Assembly: GCF_001194135.2 (NCBI RefSeq)
Contig: NC_069000.1
Coordinates: 24,272,006-24,307,461, forward strand
Source of the DNA: Octopus bimaculoides
Lineage: Eukaryota
DNA length: 35,456 bases
Direction of reading: 5' to 3'
This document shows, piece after piece, positions 1 through 11,614 of this stretch. Below the pieces are notes generated by a model. That model searched no databases, was not told the DNA's origin, and worked only from the letters and a program-made list of their open reading frames with translations. Within the stretch, counting starts at the first letter, position 1. Every line of letters begins with the position of its first letter. The translations under genes were made by a program, and so were the position numbers.

Positions 1-159
1 GAGAGAGAGAGAGAGAGAGAGAGCAGGAGAAAGTTTTCGGAAAAATTTCGAAAGTTCCGGAAAGATTATGAGAAAATACGTAGGGGAAAAACTTGGGAAA
101 TTAAAAAAAAATATTTTCGAGGCTATATTTTCGAATGGGCTTATGGGGTGAATAACCAG

Positions 160-1150
160 TGTCTAAGAATGAATTTTCTTTCGCGTATGCACGGTTTTAG
201 CATTAAGGTGCAATCCTGGTCTTCGCAAGTTGCTTAGAAATATACTCTTTTTTGCATCACTTAGTAACATCTATTATGCCTCTGTTTTTTTTAAAGCGGT
301 AATTCGGCCGATGTCACACGCTGTGCCGTTCTCTTTCAACGGACAATCATTTCTTGCGAGCTTTGTGATATTCCGTTTTTCGATGTTTCTGAATGAGTGT
401 GTGTGGTTGTGAAATGTTCACGTGAAGGGTCCCGTGGGTAATCCGATATGTCAGTTTAGGTTGGTGTCTGACTCACATTAGTAGATTTAACCATTGCATC
501 ATAAATGATGATCCCAGGGTTACATGATCCATACAGCTAGTATACCGTAGTGTTCTTGCATGTGCACGATACCTCAGTAGTTGGACTCGATTTATGTGAT
601 AGTGTCTGTTAGGGGGTGTAGTGGGTGCTGTTGTAAATAATCTTAACCGTATGCTTATTGAACAATTTCCAGTATTTTTGTCTATTGAGTTTTTGGCTAT
701 CTTGCCTATGTTAAGCCTATCGTTGAGTGAGAAAGGGGGAGCAAATCAAATGACCTTCCTACTTGTTGTTATCTTAGTGACTTTCTGGCTGGCGTTGTAA
801 ATGGCCCTCGGACTCATTGGCTTCAAGGCTGTCGTTGTAGTAAGGAGCCTCCCTATCAAAGATCTCTTCACTGGATGACAAGTAAGAGCTTCTTGAACAC
901 TATTTGGTGCTGACAGGATTTCACGCTAATGATTGAGGGTTTCTCATTGGGTTTCCCAAAGGGTTAAAAAGAATCAGTACGGTAGTCTAGGGTGACAACC
1001 AGGAAACTCACTACTCTGAGGGTACTATCTAGAGTAATTTTCTGGTCGAAGGATCGGAATGTCTACATTATTTTTCTTTAACCTTTATAACATGTGCCCA
1101 TTTACGTGACTGGATATCGTTAGGGTATCATTCCTATACAGGCCAAAGAA
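160..1150 (-). mobile_element. Decayed Penelope-like retroelement (RT C-terminal half plus GIY-YIG endonuclease)
   Basis: Manual minus-strand translation with stops and frameshifts gives GLYRND (RT YxDD region, ~1127-1144), KITLDSTLRVVSFLVVTLD, SSEEIFDREAPYYNDSL, RKVI*FAPPFSLNDRLNIGK, CTCKN...GSC...IIY and HIGLPTGPF...HNHTHSFRN, in the order expected for a PLE ORF. Confidence 0.85.
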
Positions 1151-1188
1151 TAGTTGAATGAGATCACGAGTTTCTACACGTCAACGAG

Positions 1189-1189
<1 letters not shown>

Positions 1190-1268
<79 letters not shown>

Positions 1269-1290
1269 GAGAGAGAGACAGACAGAGAGA
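1190..1290. repeat. (GA)n microsatellite; another at 1-21
   Basis: Directly visible. Confidence 0.97.
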
Positions 1291-1496
1291 GAGGGGGAGT
1301 GGGGAGAAGGAGTATGAGATACGGTCCTGAAACTAGCTGTTGCTACTTAAGTCTCAGAAATTTAATTTGTTTTTTGAATCGATACACATACATGCATGCT
1401 TGCATACATACAGACAGACATACATACAGACACACATACAGACAGACAGACAGACATAACGCATCGAGTTGTGTGTGTATGAGTGTATGTGTGTGT

Positions 1497-1539
1497 GTGT
1501 TACTGACGAGGTATGTATTATTACCTAAAATTATAACAT
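1497..1539 (+). ncRNA. Minimal type I hammerhead-like motif with G12>U (probably inactive)
   Basis: Stem I GTGTTA/TAACAT; core CTGACGA 1503-1509; stem II GGTA/TACC; TAAA in place of GAAA; palindromic AATT stem III; UUA triplet. Confidence 0.6.
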
Positions 1540-2073
1540 TCACATCACACTCCCCTCCATTTCTTTCGCATTCTTTTTCTGCGTTCCTCCTTCTCTGAAT
1601 GAAACCAGCTGTGCATGAGTGGATCAGTCGCTTACTGAAGAAGGTGCAGTCTCTCCATTCTTCTCTGTTCTCTTACACAATAAATTAGTGACATATGACG
1701 GAATCAATTGCATGCAAAGGAGGTGACTCACACTGTCCAATATTGGATTTGTTATATAGAGTTAGCTAAAGGCTCGTGTGAACGCTTATGCGTGGCACGT
1801 CAGTGATCGAGTCAGTTACATACATGTGGATCAGTTTCTTCCCCCACAGGACATGATTGTGCAGTTACAATTAACATTTAATTTGAAATTAAACTGGAAC
1901 CCACAGGTTTTATTTTTGAGACCTTAATATGATGCTAGTGTAATGCTCTCTTCTGTCAATTTCGAGACTAAATGATCAACTGGACCATCTACTCATTGAA
2001 TTAATAAGCAAACATTCCATTGAAACGTGTAGCCTTTAACGATTTAGTCGATAATTAATTTAATTTAATTCAT

Positions 2074-2140
2074 TTTATCGACCTCGAAAATATGAAAGGA
2101 AAACTTGACCTCAACAGTATTTGGACACTGAATGTAAAGT
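2074..2140 (-). mobile_element. SINE family B, decayed internal fragment
   Basis: TTTATCGACCTCGAAAATATGAAAGGAAAACTTGACCTC resembles the copies at 33478-33658 and 34405-34608. Confidence 0.6.
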
Positions 2141-3149
2141 GTTGCAACTAAATGCTGTATGATATTTTGTCTAATGTGACAACATATAAGTAGATATCTA
2201 GCTGAAAATGTGTTGGTAGGATGTAAGTGGTTCGTAGGCATGTAAGTGTGTATACATGCATGCGTGCCTCTCAATATTATATCTCATCGGTTACCTGCAT
2301 CCTTGATGATAAGTAAAGTAAAATAAAGATAAATTAAAACAACGGGAATGTAGAGAATTATTTGAAATGTATTTTCAAAAGGAAATTTACACGAGTGTTA
2401 TGCAGTTTCGGAGTACCTGATTCATGGATTTCTTACTCTACCTTTGGATTATGTTACCTTTTAATTCATTCGGAGAACATCGTTTCTGCACCTTTGAATA
2501 TATATATATATATATATANNNNNNNNNNNNNNNNNNNNNNNNNNNNNNNNNNNNNNNNNNNNNNNNNNNNNNNNNNNNNNNNNNNNNNNNNNNNNNNNNN
2601 NNNNNNNNNNNNNNNNNNNNNNNNNNNNNNNNNNNNNNNNNNNNNNNNNNNNNNNNNNNNNNNNNNNNNNNNNNNNNNNNNNNNNNNNNNNNNNNNNNNN
2701 NNNNNNNNNNNNNNNNNNNNNNNNNNNNNNNNNNNNNNNNNNNNNNNNNNNNNNNNNNNNNNNNNNNNNNNNNNNNNNNNNNNNNNNNNNNNNNNNNNNN
2801 NNNNNNNNNNNNNNNNNNNNNNNNNNNNNNNNNNNNNNNNNNNNNNNNNNNNNNNNNNNNNNNNNNNNNNNNNNNNNNNNNNNNNNNNNNNNNNNNNNNN
2901 NNNNNNNNNNNNNNNNNNNNNNNNNNNNNNNNNNNNNNNNNNNNNNNNNNNNNNNNNNNNNNNNNNNNNNNNNNNNNNNNNNNNNNNNNNNNNNNNNNNN
3001 NNNNNNNNNNNNNNNNNNNNNNNNNNNNNNNNNNNNNNNNNNNNNNNNNNNNNNNNNNNNATATATATAATCAGGAAAACCACCTACATGATATCCCTAA
3101 AAAGATCAAATGCCATTATGAAGGAAGACATCTCTGTTTCTAAGATATC

Positions 3150-3445
3150 CTTGAATGTTTTAGCATTGACCAGTCCTTTTTATACTCTAACAGTAATCAG
3201 CCATCATATTCACACCACACCCCTCTTGATATCTTTCCTCTATTACCTTCATATCTTGGTGGAATCTTTCACCCTATTCATCATTGATGTCTCCTGAGTT
3301 CTGTGGAAATTGATCCAGGTGACTGAACAAAAAATGTATCCTGATGCTCACTTTGTATTCCAGCGAATGAAATGACCAAAGTATTTTTTTCATAAAATTC
3401 CTTGTGATTGGCTGCTTTGTTGTTATCAAGAAATTTTTTTAAATA
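3150..3445 (-). mobile_element. Decayed DDE transposase C-terminus, Chapaev3-like
   Basis: Minus translation SIRIHFLFSHLDQFPQNSGDINDE*GERFHQDMKVIEERYQ...NMMADYC*SIKR matches a widespread transposase tail motif (HFLxSHLDxFP...DExGERFHQD...MADYCW). The superfamily assignment is from memory. Confidence 0.65.
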
Positions 3446-4221
3446 TGTATATAATTTTCAGGCTCTCTTATGTTTAAGATTCTGGATCAATAGAATAGAA
3501 CGGTTCTAGGCCTCCTTCCACATTATCTCTATCGTCGACAAAATACATTCACTTTCCTGGTGGAAATCTTTACTATAATTAAAGTATCTATGTACAAAAT
3601 CAGCTATATTCACAACTTTATTATACTTTAGGCAAGAGAAGGTTGATAATAAAGCATTTCTCACACTTTGGCCCACTGCTCCAAAGTCAGACTAGGGTAT
3701 AAAATCAATGAAAACTAAATTTTGTGTGAAAAATCAAAGTAGAGTATAAACAAAAATTCTGACGTGATTGGTGAAAACGAAAAGCATATCTGGATTCAGC
3801 TCGAAAAAGTGCTTCAGAAACACTTGTCTCTTCAACAGAAACATTTTTGCCTTCAAGTTGTGTAGATCTGTGTAGTGATTGCTATTAAATAGTATTATTG
3901 TGAATACACAGAGAAGAATTAACGTAAATACTATAGTTACGACGAACAATAAAAAGCGAAATTATGACGGGTGTTATAAAGTAGAATCATGGTGTTATAG
4001 AATAAAGTATTAACAAGTGCAAATCCTATTGAGCAAAATTAAAGTGAATGTTATAAGTTAAAATTATTGTTAGTGATACAAAATATATTTCTCGATATTA
4101 TTACACTTGAGAAGAGCACAGAGTTCATCTATTCTCAGTGATTAATGTATGTGAATTTAAAGGTTTGATATCTGTGTACGAGAGCATTATTTTAATTTGA
4201 AGAGGTCTTAGGCCAGCAGTG

Positions 4222-4288
4222 TTTGGGGTCTGAAGATACGCCATAAGGCTAAACCCCTTATGAGCGAGAAACCCAGGGTAACCCCAGA
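4222..4288 (+). ncRNA. Type I hammerhead ribozyme with intact catalytic core
   Basis: Stem I TTTGGGGT(4222-4229)/ACCCCAGA(4281-4288), 8 bp. Core CTGAAGA 4230-4236. Stem II CGC-CATAAGG/CCTTATG-A-GCG. GAAA 4268-4271. Stem III ACCC-A-GGGT. GUA cleavage triplet ends at 4280. Confidence 0.8.
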
Positions 4289-5009
4289 AACCGGCGTCTC
4301 CCATTATAATATATATATTTATATATATATATATNNNNNNNNNNNNNNNNNNNNNNNNNNNNNNNNNNNNNNNNNNNNNNNNNNNNNNNNNNNNNNNNNN
4401 NNNNNNNNNNNNNNNNNNNNNNNNNNNNNNNNNNNNNNNNNNNNNNNNNNNNNNNNNNNNNNNNNNNNNNNNNNNNNNNNNNNNNNNNNNNNNNNNNNNN
4501 NNNNNNNNNNNNNNNNNNNNNNNNNNNNNNNNNNNNNNNNNNNNNNNNNNNNNNNNNNNNNNNNNNNNNNNNNNNNNNNNNNNNNNNNNNNNNNNNNNNN
4601 NNNNNNNNNNNNNNNNNNNNNNNNNNNNNNNNNNNNNNNNNNNNNNNNNNNNNNNNNNNNNNNNNNNNNNNNNNNNNNNNNNNNNNNNNNNNNNNNNNNN
4701 NNNNNNNNNNNNNNNNNNNNNNNNNNNNNNNNNNNNNNNNNNNNNNNNNNNNNNNNNNNNNNNNNNNNNNNNNNNNNNNNNNNNNNNNNNNNNNNNNNNN
4801 NNNNNNNNNNNNNNNNNNNNNNNNNNNNNNNNNNNNNNNNNNNNNNNNNNNNNNNNNNNNNNNNNNNNNNNNNNNNNNNNNNNNNNNNNNNNNNNNNNNN
4901 NNNNNNNNNNNNNNNNNNNNNNNNNNNNNNNNNNNNNNNNNNNNNNNNNNNNNNNNNNNNNNNNNNNNNNNNNNNNNNNNNNNNNNNNNNNNNNNNNNNN
5001 NNNNNNNNN

Positions 5010-5042
<33 letters not shown>

Positions 5043-5059
5043 TCTATGTATGTGTGTAT

Positions 5060-5262
5060 GTGTGTTTATGTACTGACCGTATCTTTGTGTTTTCCCCCAC
5101 TATCGCTTGACAACCAGTGTTGGCTTGTTTACGTTACGGTAGCGTAGTAATACAAACCGATAGAATAAGTACGAGCCTTAAAAAATATGTACTCTGACCG
5201 ATTCATTCGACTAAAACATTTGAAGACAATGTTTCAACGGACTGCAATCAAATGACTAAAAG
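5060..5262 (+). mobile_element. SINE family A, 3' module
   Basis: CGCTTGACAACC...ACCGATAGAATAAGTAC...CGACTAAA...AATGACTAAA matches 6350-6545 and the reverse complement of 28915-29120. Confidence 0.8.
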
Positions 5263-5449
5263 ACAAAAGATAATATATATATTTATATATATATATACAC
5301 ACACATTACACAAACATAGACACACGTACGTGCTTGTGTGTCTGTATGCATACATATATACGTACAAACACTACACATACACGCACATGCATACCACACA
5401 CGAATACACACACACACACACACGTATATATAAGAAACGTTGCACTTAC

Positions 5450-5694
5450 GAAAATTTTGCTGTGACGACTAAGGCGTACGGTTACATTATAAATTTGTAT
5501 ATCTAATGAGCGTGGCCAGGAAACAAATTTATTTGTACCGCGTTTTTCATTCTGTATTTCAATTCGGAAATCGCATCCATCTTTAAAGTTCCGTGATTCA
5601 GAAAGAATGTGTTTGCAATCACTCATCAGATGAATGGTTTGACCATCAAATGTGTGGAAATGAGGATCACCGGACACTGTACATTTGCACAGAT
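5450..5694 (-). CDS. Exon encoding the N-terminal half of a von Willebrand factor type D (VWD) domain; secreted EGF-VWD protein (zonadhesin/FCGBP/mucin-like)
   Basis: Acceptor ttccatag| at 5694 (phase 1) and donor |gtaagt at 5449 (phase 0); 245 nt. Translates (D)LCKCTVSGDPHFHTFDGQTIHLMSDCKHILSESRNFKDGCDFRIEIQNEKRGTNKFVSWPRSLDIQIYNVTVRLSRHSKIF, with the VWD signature CxxxGDPHxxTFDG. Confidence 0.93.
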
Positions 5695-6093
5695 CTATGG
5701 AATTCAAACAGAATATGTATATATGTATATCTACAGGGTGTTTGGGCTAAATTTGTCAGTTTGAATAAAAGGAAAAGAGAACACAATATACTGTTGTTTG
5801 TAGAGAGGGTCATTATGCCTATAGCAATTAAAATAATCACACGTACTTTTTATTTTACCACCTTTTTATTTTACCAAATAACAATCCAATGGTTAGTTTA
5901 ATGTGTTGATTGAACAAACAATCTGTTGCTACTTTTCTCTGTCAGAGTACTTTCGTTGCTATTTGCGACCTCATCAATGCTCACTCTTTAAGCTCTGCTT
6001 TGAGTCTGTAATGAGAACTAATCTTATGTCTTAAACATTTGGCAGTCATCGTGATTTGAAAATTCATCTACAAAATTCAAATGTTTTACTTAC

Positions 6094-6251
6094 AGGCGTG
6101 GTTGTGTGGTGAGACGTTTGTTTCCCAACCACATGGTTCCTGGTTCAGTCCCATTGCGTGGCACCTTGGGCAAGTGACTTCTACTATAGCCTCGGGCCGA
6201 CCAAAGCCTTGTGAGTGGATTTGGTAGACGAAAACAATGAAACCTGTCATA

Positions 6252-6313
<62 letters not shown>

Positions 6314-6545
6314 GCGCGTGTGTGTGTATATGCGCGTGCGTGTGTGTGTCTATGTCTGTGTTTGTCTCCCACCACCGCTTAACAACCTGTGTTAGTGTTT
6401 ACGTTCCCTTCATTTAGCAAAAGAGACCGATAGAATAAGTGCCAGGCTTAAAAATTAAATACTGGGGCGATTCGGTCGACTAAAATCTTCAAGGCGGTGC
6501 CCCAGCATGGCCGCTGTCTAATGACTGAAACAAGTAAAAGATAAA
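6094..6545 (+). mobile_element. SINE family A, complete copy (tRNA-like head, CORE-like segment, internal (TA)n/(TG)n, 3' module)
   Basis: Head with GGTTCAGTCCC B-box-like motif and CACCTTGGGCAAGT (similar to the MIR/CORE motif). Homologous to 25674, 28915 and 29906. Confidence 0.85.
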
Positions 6546-8436
6546 AAATACTTATTTATCTGTTATTGTTTGTTAGTTTTTGTGATGTCAATTGTTATTC
6601 AATCAATCCGAGTCGCGCACATACAACACTCGCACACAAGCAATCATAAATATATTATAAATGTAGGGTTATGTTTGCAATTTTTTTTAAAATGAGGGCA
6701 TAATATAAATCATATAAGGGAAAATGTCGAGGAGACGCCAAAAACTACTGTATTTGCGTATCAGAAATGTCATGAATATTTTTTCAGAGGAAAACGAGTA
6801 GTTGATACTCATTATGTTATTCGCCCTGCAGCATTGGATGCTGAAGCAGCTAACCTACAATGATAATAAAAAAAAACTGGGACTTTGCAAAGCATTTCCA
6901 CAGAGTTGATCACGGAACAATACGCTACAAAATTCGCGACTTCTCTAAAATTGAAAAGTAGGAGGGAGAACATTGAAGAGCAATGTCCCCCTGAAATTCA
7001 GACAGTTGCAGTATCATGAGGGAGCAGGCAAAGCATTTGGAACAGCCGTATTTATCGAAATAATTAGCGTAGAACTAGAATAAAACCCATGGCGTTTCAT
7101 AACATAGTCACAGCCGGATGGCTGAAATCACTATAAGATATATACGATATATATACGATATATACAATATATATTGTGTATATATATGTAAGGGACGACC
7201 GTGCGAACTCAAAAAGGAGAAATGGTGACGAATGGAAAAACAGAGGACTCCTTTTATTTAAACGTGTCACACGGTCGAACATACAATATATATATCGATT
7301 GATGATATACATGATATGTTATGCGACGATAACATAGATGACCAGTAATGAAAGACCACAACCGTATTAGATGAATAACAGAGATATTTATTGTAGTGTT
7401 AAAGATGTATGTCTGTGTGAGAGTGTGAATGCGACATATAAGAACATAATCAAAGACAGGCCGTCATACAAAGAAAAGTGTGTATGTGAGTGATACATGT
7501 ATGTGTATGTGTATTATTACAGCAGATAGAAAGAGAGTCAGTAAATGACACGTGAGCAATTATACCANNNNNNNNNNNNNNNNNNNNNNNNNNNNNNNNN
7601 NNNNNNNNNNNNNNNNNNNNNNNNNNNNNNNNNNNNNNNNNNNNNNNNNNNNNNNNNNNNNNNNNNNNNNNNNNNNNNNNNNNNNNNNNNNNNNNNNNNN
7701 NNNNNNNNNNNNNNNNNNNNNNNNNNNNNNNNNNNNNNNNNNNNNNNNNNNNNNNNNNNNNNNNNNNNNNNNNNNNNNNNNNNNNNNNNNNNNNNNNNNN
7801 NNNNNNNNNNNNNNNNNNNNNNNNNNNNNNNNNNNNNNNNNNNNNNNNNNNNNNNNNNNNNNNNNNNNNNNNNNNNNNNNNNNNNNNNNNNNNNNNNNNN
7901 NNNNNNNNNNNNNNNNNNNNNNNNNNNNNNNNNNNNNNNNNNNNNNNNNNNNNNNNNNNNNNNNNNNNNNNNNNNNNNNNNNNNNNNNNNNNNNNNNNNN
8001 NNNNNNNNNNNNNNNNNNNNNNNNNNNNNNNNNNNNNNNNNNNNNNNNNNNNNNNNNNNNNNNNNNNNNNNNNNNNNNNNNNNNNNNNNNNNNNNNNNNN
8101 NNNNNNNNNNNNNNNNNNNNNNNNNNNNNNNNNNNNNNNNNNNNNNNNNNNNNNNNNNNNNNNNNNNNNNNNNNNNNNNNNNNNNNNNNNNNNNNNNNNN
8201 NNNNNNNNNNNNNNNNNNNNNNNNNNNNNNNNNNNNNNNNNNNNNNNNNNNNNNNNNNNNNNNNNNNNNNNNNNNNNNNNNNNNNNNNNNNNNNNNNNNN
8301 NNNNNNNNNNNNNNNNNNNNNNNNNNNNNNNNNNNNNNNNNNNNNNNNNNNNNNNNNNNNNNNNNNNNNNNNNNNNNNNNNNNNNNNNNNNNNNNNNNNN
8401 NNNNNNNNNNNNNNNNNNNNNNNNNNNNNNNNNNNA

Positions 8437-9150
8437 ATCCGTTGTAGTTCAGGTTTCTGCCGCTAGAAACCACTTGATGCGACCTTCAGGCATCAGTCTG
8501 CCGACCGGCGTCATTGGCTGTGGTCGTACTGCCATGTGGTGAATCTTTGTTTTACAGTGCTTCCTCCCTGTTCGTCGATTTTTGCGATGGTTGAAACGAA
8601 GGAACAGCATGCTTTCGTGAAATTCTGTTTTCTGCTGGGGAAAACGGCAGCCAAAACAGTTGTCATGCTTCAAACAGCTTACAAGGACACTGCCATGAGC
8701 AAAACACAAGTTTATGAGTGGTTACCGCGCTTTAGGAATGGTCACTTGTCGCTTGAAGACCAATTTCATTCAGGACGACCATTCACTTCCCGAACGAATG
8801 AAAACGTCGTGAAAATTCATGAATTGACCTTGTAGGACCCTCACCAAAAAATTGACAAACTCGTTGATATGACTGGTGTGTCCTGGAGCTTCTGTCAACG
8901 AATTTTGAGCGAGGAATTGCGAATGAAAACGAGTTGCAGCAGAATTTGTGCCTCACTTGCTCATGGAAGATCAAAAGCAGTCACAACTGAATGTGTCTCG
9001 TAAACTGAAAGAACGGTTGGCATTTGATCCGGACCTGTTTTCAAAAGTTATCACTAGTGACGAAAGCTGGTGCTACGGAATTTGCAGATGTGGAAGAAGT
9101 CAATAAAAAAATAAAACGACGGAGGCGTTAAAAGGCATCACTTAAAAGGC
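8437..9150 (+). mobile_element. Internally deleted mariner transposon relic
   Basis: ORF 8536-8835 EQHAFVKFCFLLGKTAAKTVVML...SKTQVYEW...LED...SGRP (mariner HTH). Then RVAAEFVPHLL and VITSDESW (first catalytic D), jumping directly to the C-terminal FADVEEV...TTEALKGIT. Confidence 0.88.
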
Positions 9151-9221
9151 AGTAGTTCGTGCAAGTAAAATATATAAATAAGTAAATAAACAAATGTTTG
9201 TAGGAGAGGTAAAGGCCGTAA

Positions 9222-9337
9222 AAATCTGTGAGGTGACGAGTAGATCCCTTCGTCTCCAGTATACTATATTTCATGGACTCCAGACGGATGAAAGGCAAAG
9301 TTGATTACGGTGTAACGTGAACTCGTAATGTAAAGAG
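9222..9337 (-). mobile_element. SINE family B, decayed fragment
   Basis: GGATGAAAGGCAAAGTTGA...GAACTCGTAATGTAAAGA matches family B. Confidence 0.6.
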
Positions 9338-9359
9338 TTGCATATGTGAGTGTGTGAGT

Positions 9360-9360
<1 letters not shown>

Positions 9361-9427
<67 letters not shown>
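9361..9427. repeat. (AC)n microsatellite; others at 15825-15882, 16290-16345, 20500-20598
   Basis: Directly visible. Confidence 0.97.
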
Positions 9428-9429
<2 letters not shown>

Positions 9430-9884
9430 AACTACATTTTGAAGTACATGAAGTCAATATATAACATTCCCAAGCACAATATGATAAACCAAAAAGAAAA
9501 AAACTTTACGATTTTTATGTGTGGAGATACCCAATCAGTGAAAATATGAATCAATACGCACTTAGATGCTCACCAACAAATACACTATCTCATAAATATT
9601 TTCGAATACAGAAGAGGTTATGCACACGAGTAACAGGACTTGTGAAAAAACATCTCGCTTGGCTTTTATTTGTATTTATTTTAAAACAGTCGTAAGTGCA
9701 AAAGCAAGAACACACACAGAGCTACAAAGTCAAAAACACATACACAAACGTGTGTGTGTGTGTGCTTTTGTGGATAGTATTTGCTGTGTAAAGTCTGAGG
9801 AGATTTTCTTCATCCACGTGACAGTAAGTGTTAATCGATTCAATGATGTGGATGAATGTCATCAACATACCGATATATATACAT

Positions 9885-10268
9885 CATGGCACCCAGTCAG
9901 TTACGACGACGAGGGTTCCAGTTGATCAGATCAACGGAATAGCCTGCTGATGAAATTAACGTGCAAGTGGCTGAGTAATCCACAGACACGTCTACCCTTA
10001 ACGTAGTTCTCGGGGAGATTCAGCGAGACACAGAGTGTGACAAGGCTGGCCTTTTGAAGTACAGGTACAACAGAAACAGGAAGAAAGATTGAGAGGAAGT
10101 TGTGGTGAAAGAGTACAGCAGGGTTCGCTATCAGCCCCTGCCGGAGCCTCGTGGAGCTTTAGGTGTTTTCGCTCAATAAACACTCACAACGCCCGGTCTG
10201 GGAATCGAAATTGCGATCGCACAACCGCAAGTCTGCTGCCCTAACTACTGGGCCATTGCGCCTCCACT
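9885..10268 (-). mobile_element. tRNA-headed SINE, family C
   Basis: Minus strand begins GTGGAGGCGCAATGGCCCAGTAGTTAGGGCAGC (A-box-like) and has TTTCGATTCCC (B-box-like), followed by a ~300-nt body. Family identity is recalled, not shown by a second copy here. Confidence 0.75.
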
Positions 10269-10381
10269 TATATCTACATACATACATACATACATACATA
10301 CATACGTACATCCATCCATCCATCCATACATACATACATACAAACATACATATGTGTGTGTATGTAGTATATACCATAATA

Positions 10382-10426
<45 letters not shown>

Positions 10427-10546
10427 CACACATATATGTATATATGTATATATGTATATGGATGCGAGTGTGAAAGTTTGTACCCCTTCTCTCTCTCCCT
10501 TTCTTTCTCTATTTTGAATAGAGAAAACCCATCATTGCAACTTCCC

Positions 10547-10547
<1 letters not shown>

Positions 10548-10622
<75 letters not shown>

Positions 10623-10640
10623 GTCTGTCTGTCTGTCTGT
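10548..10640. repeat. (TATC)n/(TGTC)n microsatellite; another (TATC)n at ~15896-15942
   Basis: Directly visible. Confidence 0.97.
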
Positions 10641-10903
10641 AGATATAAATATATTTAAAATGATACGTATATGTATACATATACCTGGATACACTTCAGT
10701 CAATTGCAACTCCCTACTTGAATGAGTCATAATACTACAAAACTTGACTTAAAAGTAACTTAACATCCTATCAGGTGATGCTATTAAGTTAGACATATCC
10801 TGGGCCAATCTTTGACCGCAACATATCTAAATTATCTAAGTTATATATTTGTGTGTTTGTGTGGTTGTGAATGAGTACACACACACAAATATATGAATAT
10901 ATA

Positions 10904-11101
10904 CGAGGGGTGCTGAAAAGTTCCTGGCATTTGGTTAAAGAAAATACAGGAGGATGAGTTATGATTTTATCCAACATATTCTCCTCTCAGATTCACACAC
11001 TTATTGCAGCGGTCCTTCAGTTTTCCTAACCCCTGTAAAAAATCTAGGCAGGTTGGGCTTTCGCGATACCCTTAAAGCCAGGAACTTTTCAGCACCCCTC
11101 A
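10904..11101. mobile_element. 198-bp mariner-type MITE
   Basis: 25-bp TIR CGAGGGGTGCTGAAAAGTTCCTGGC / GCCAGGAACTTTTCAGCACCCCTCA (one terminal mismatch), with TA on both sides (10902-10903, 11102-11103). Confidence 0.92.
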
Positions 11102-11614
11102 TAAACATATATATTTGTATACATGTGCACATATTTATGTATGTGTATATATATACTAGCAGAGACACCCGGAGTTGCTCGGGATTAAAATGGCATAGTT
11201 TGTATATAATATATTACAGTTATATTGAAACAGGTGATATGGGAAAATGCAGCACTGACAACAAAACATTTGTGGAGTAAATGATGGGCTAATTCGACTA
11301 AGCAACATGCTATGCGTCCGTTTGGAGTATTTCAGGCTGTCAGTGGATATATACTCTATTGCAGCAGTCGGTGCTGTGTCTAACACGACCAATCATTTGA
11401 AATGTTGACACCTCCTTCGGGTTTGTTGTCCTACATCACTCATAAAGTAAATTTGGAGGAACTGTGGTTGTTCATTTGTGGGTAACTGGGAACCAATGAA
11501 GTGATAAACTTGCTCTTGAACTTTGGCGTCGTCGTAAATTCATGTTTATCTATCTTCTTAGATACACCAAACGATGTCATTTGCTGAGTTGTATTGTCTG
11601 ATATTGTTCAGACA

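Noticed and set aside
3734-3949. 71-aa ORF as a continuation of the VWD gene
   Set aside because: No VWD C-terminal motif (e.g. CGLCG) and no convincing splice sites.
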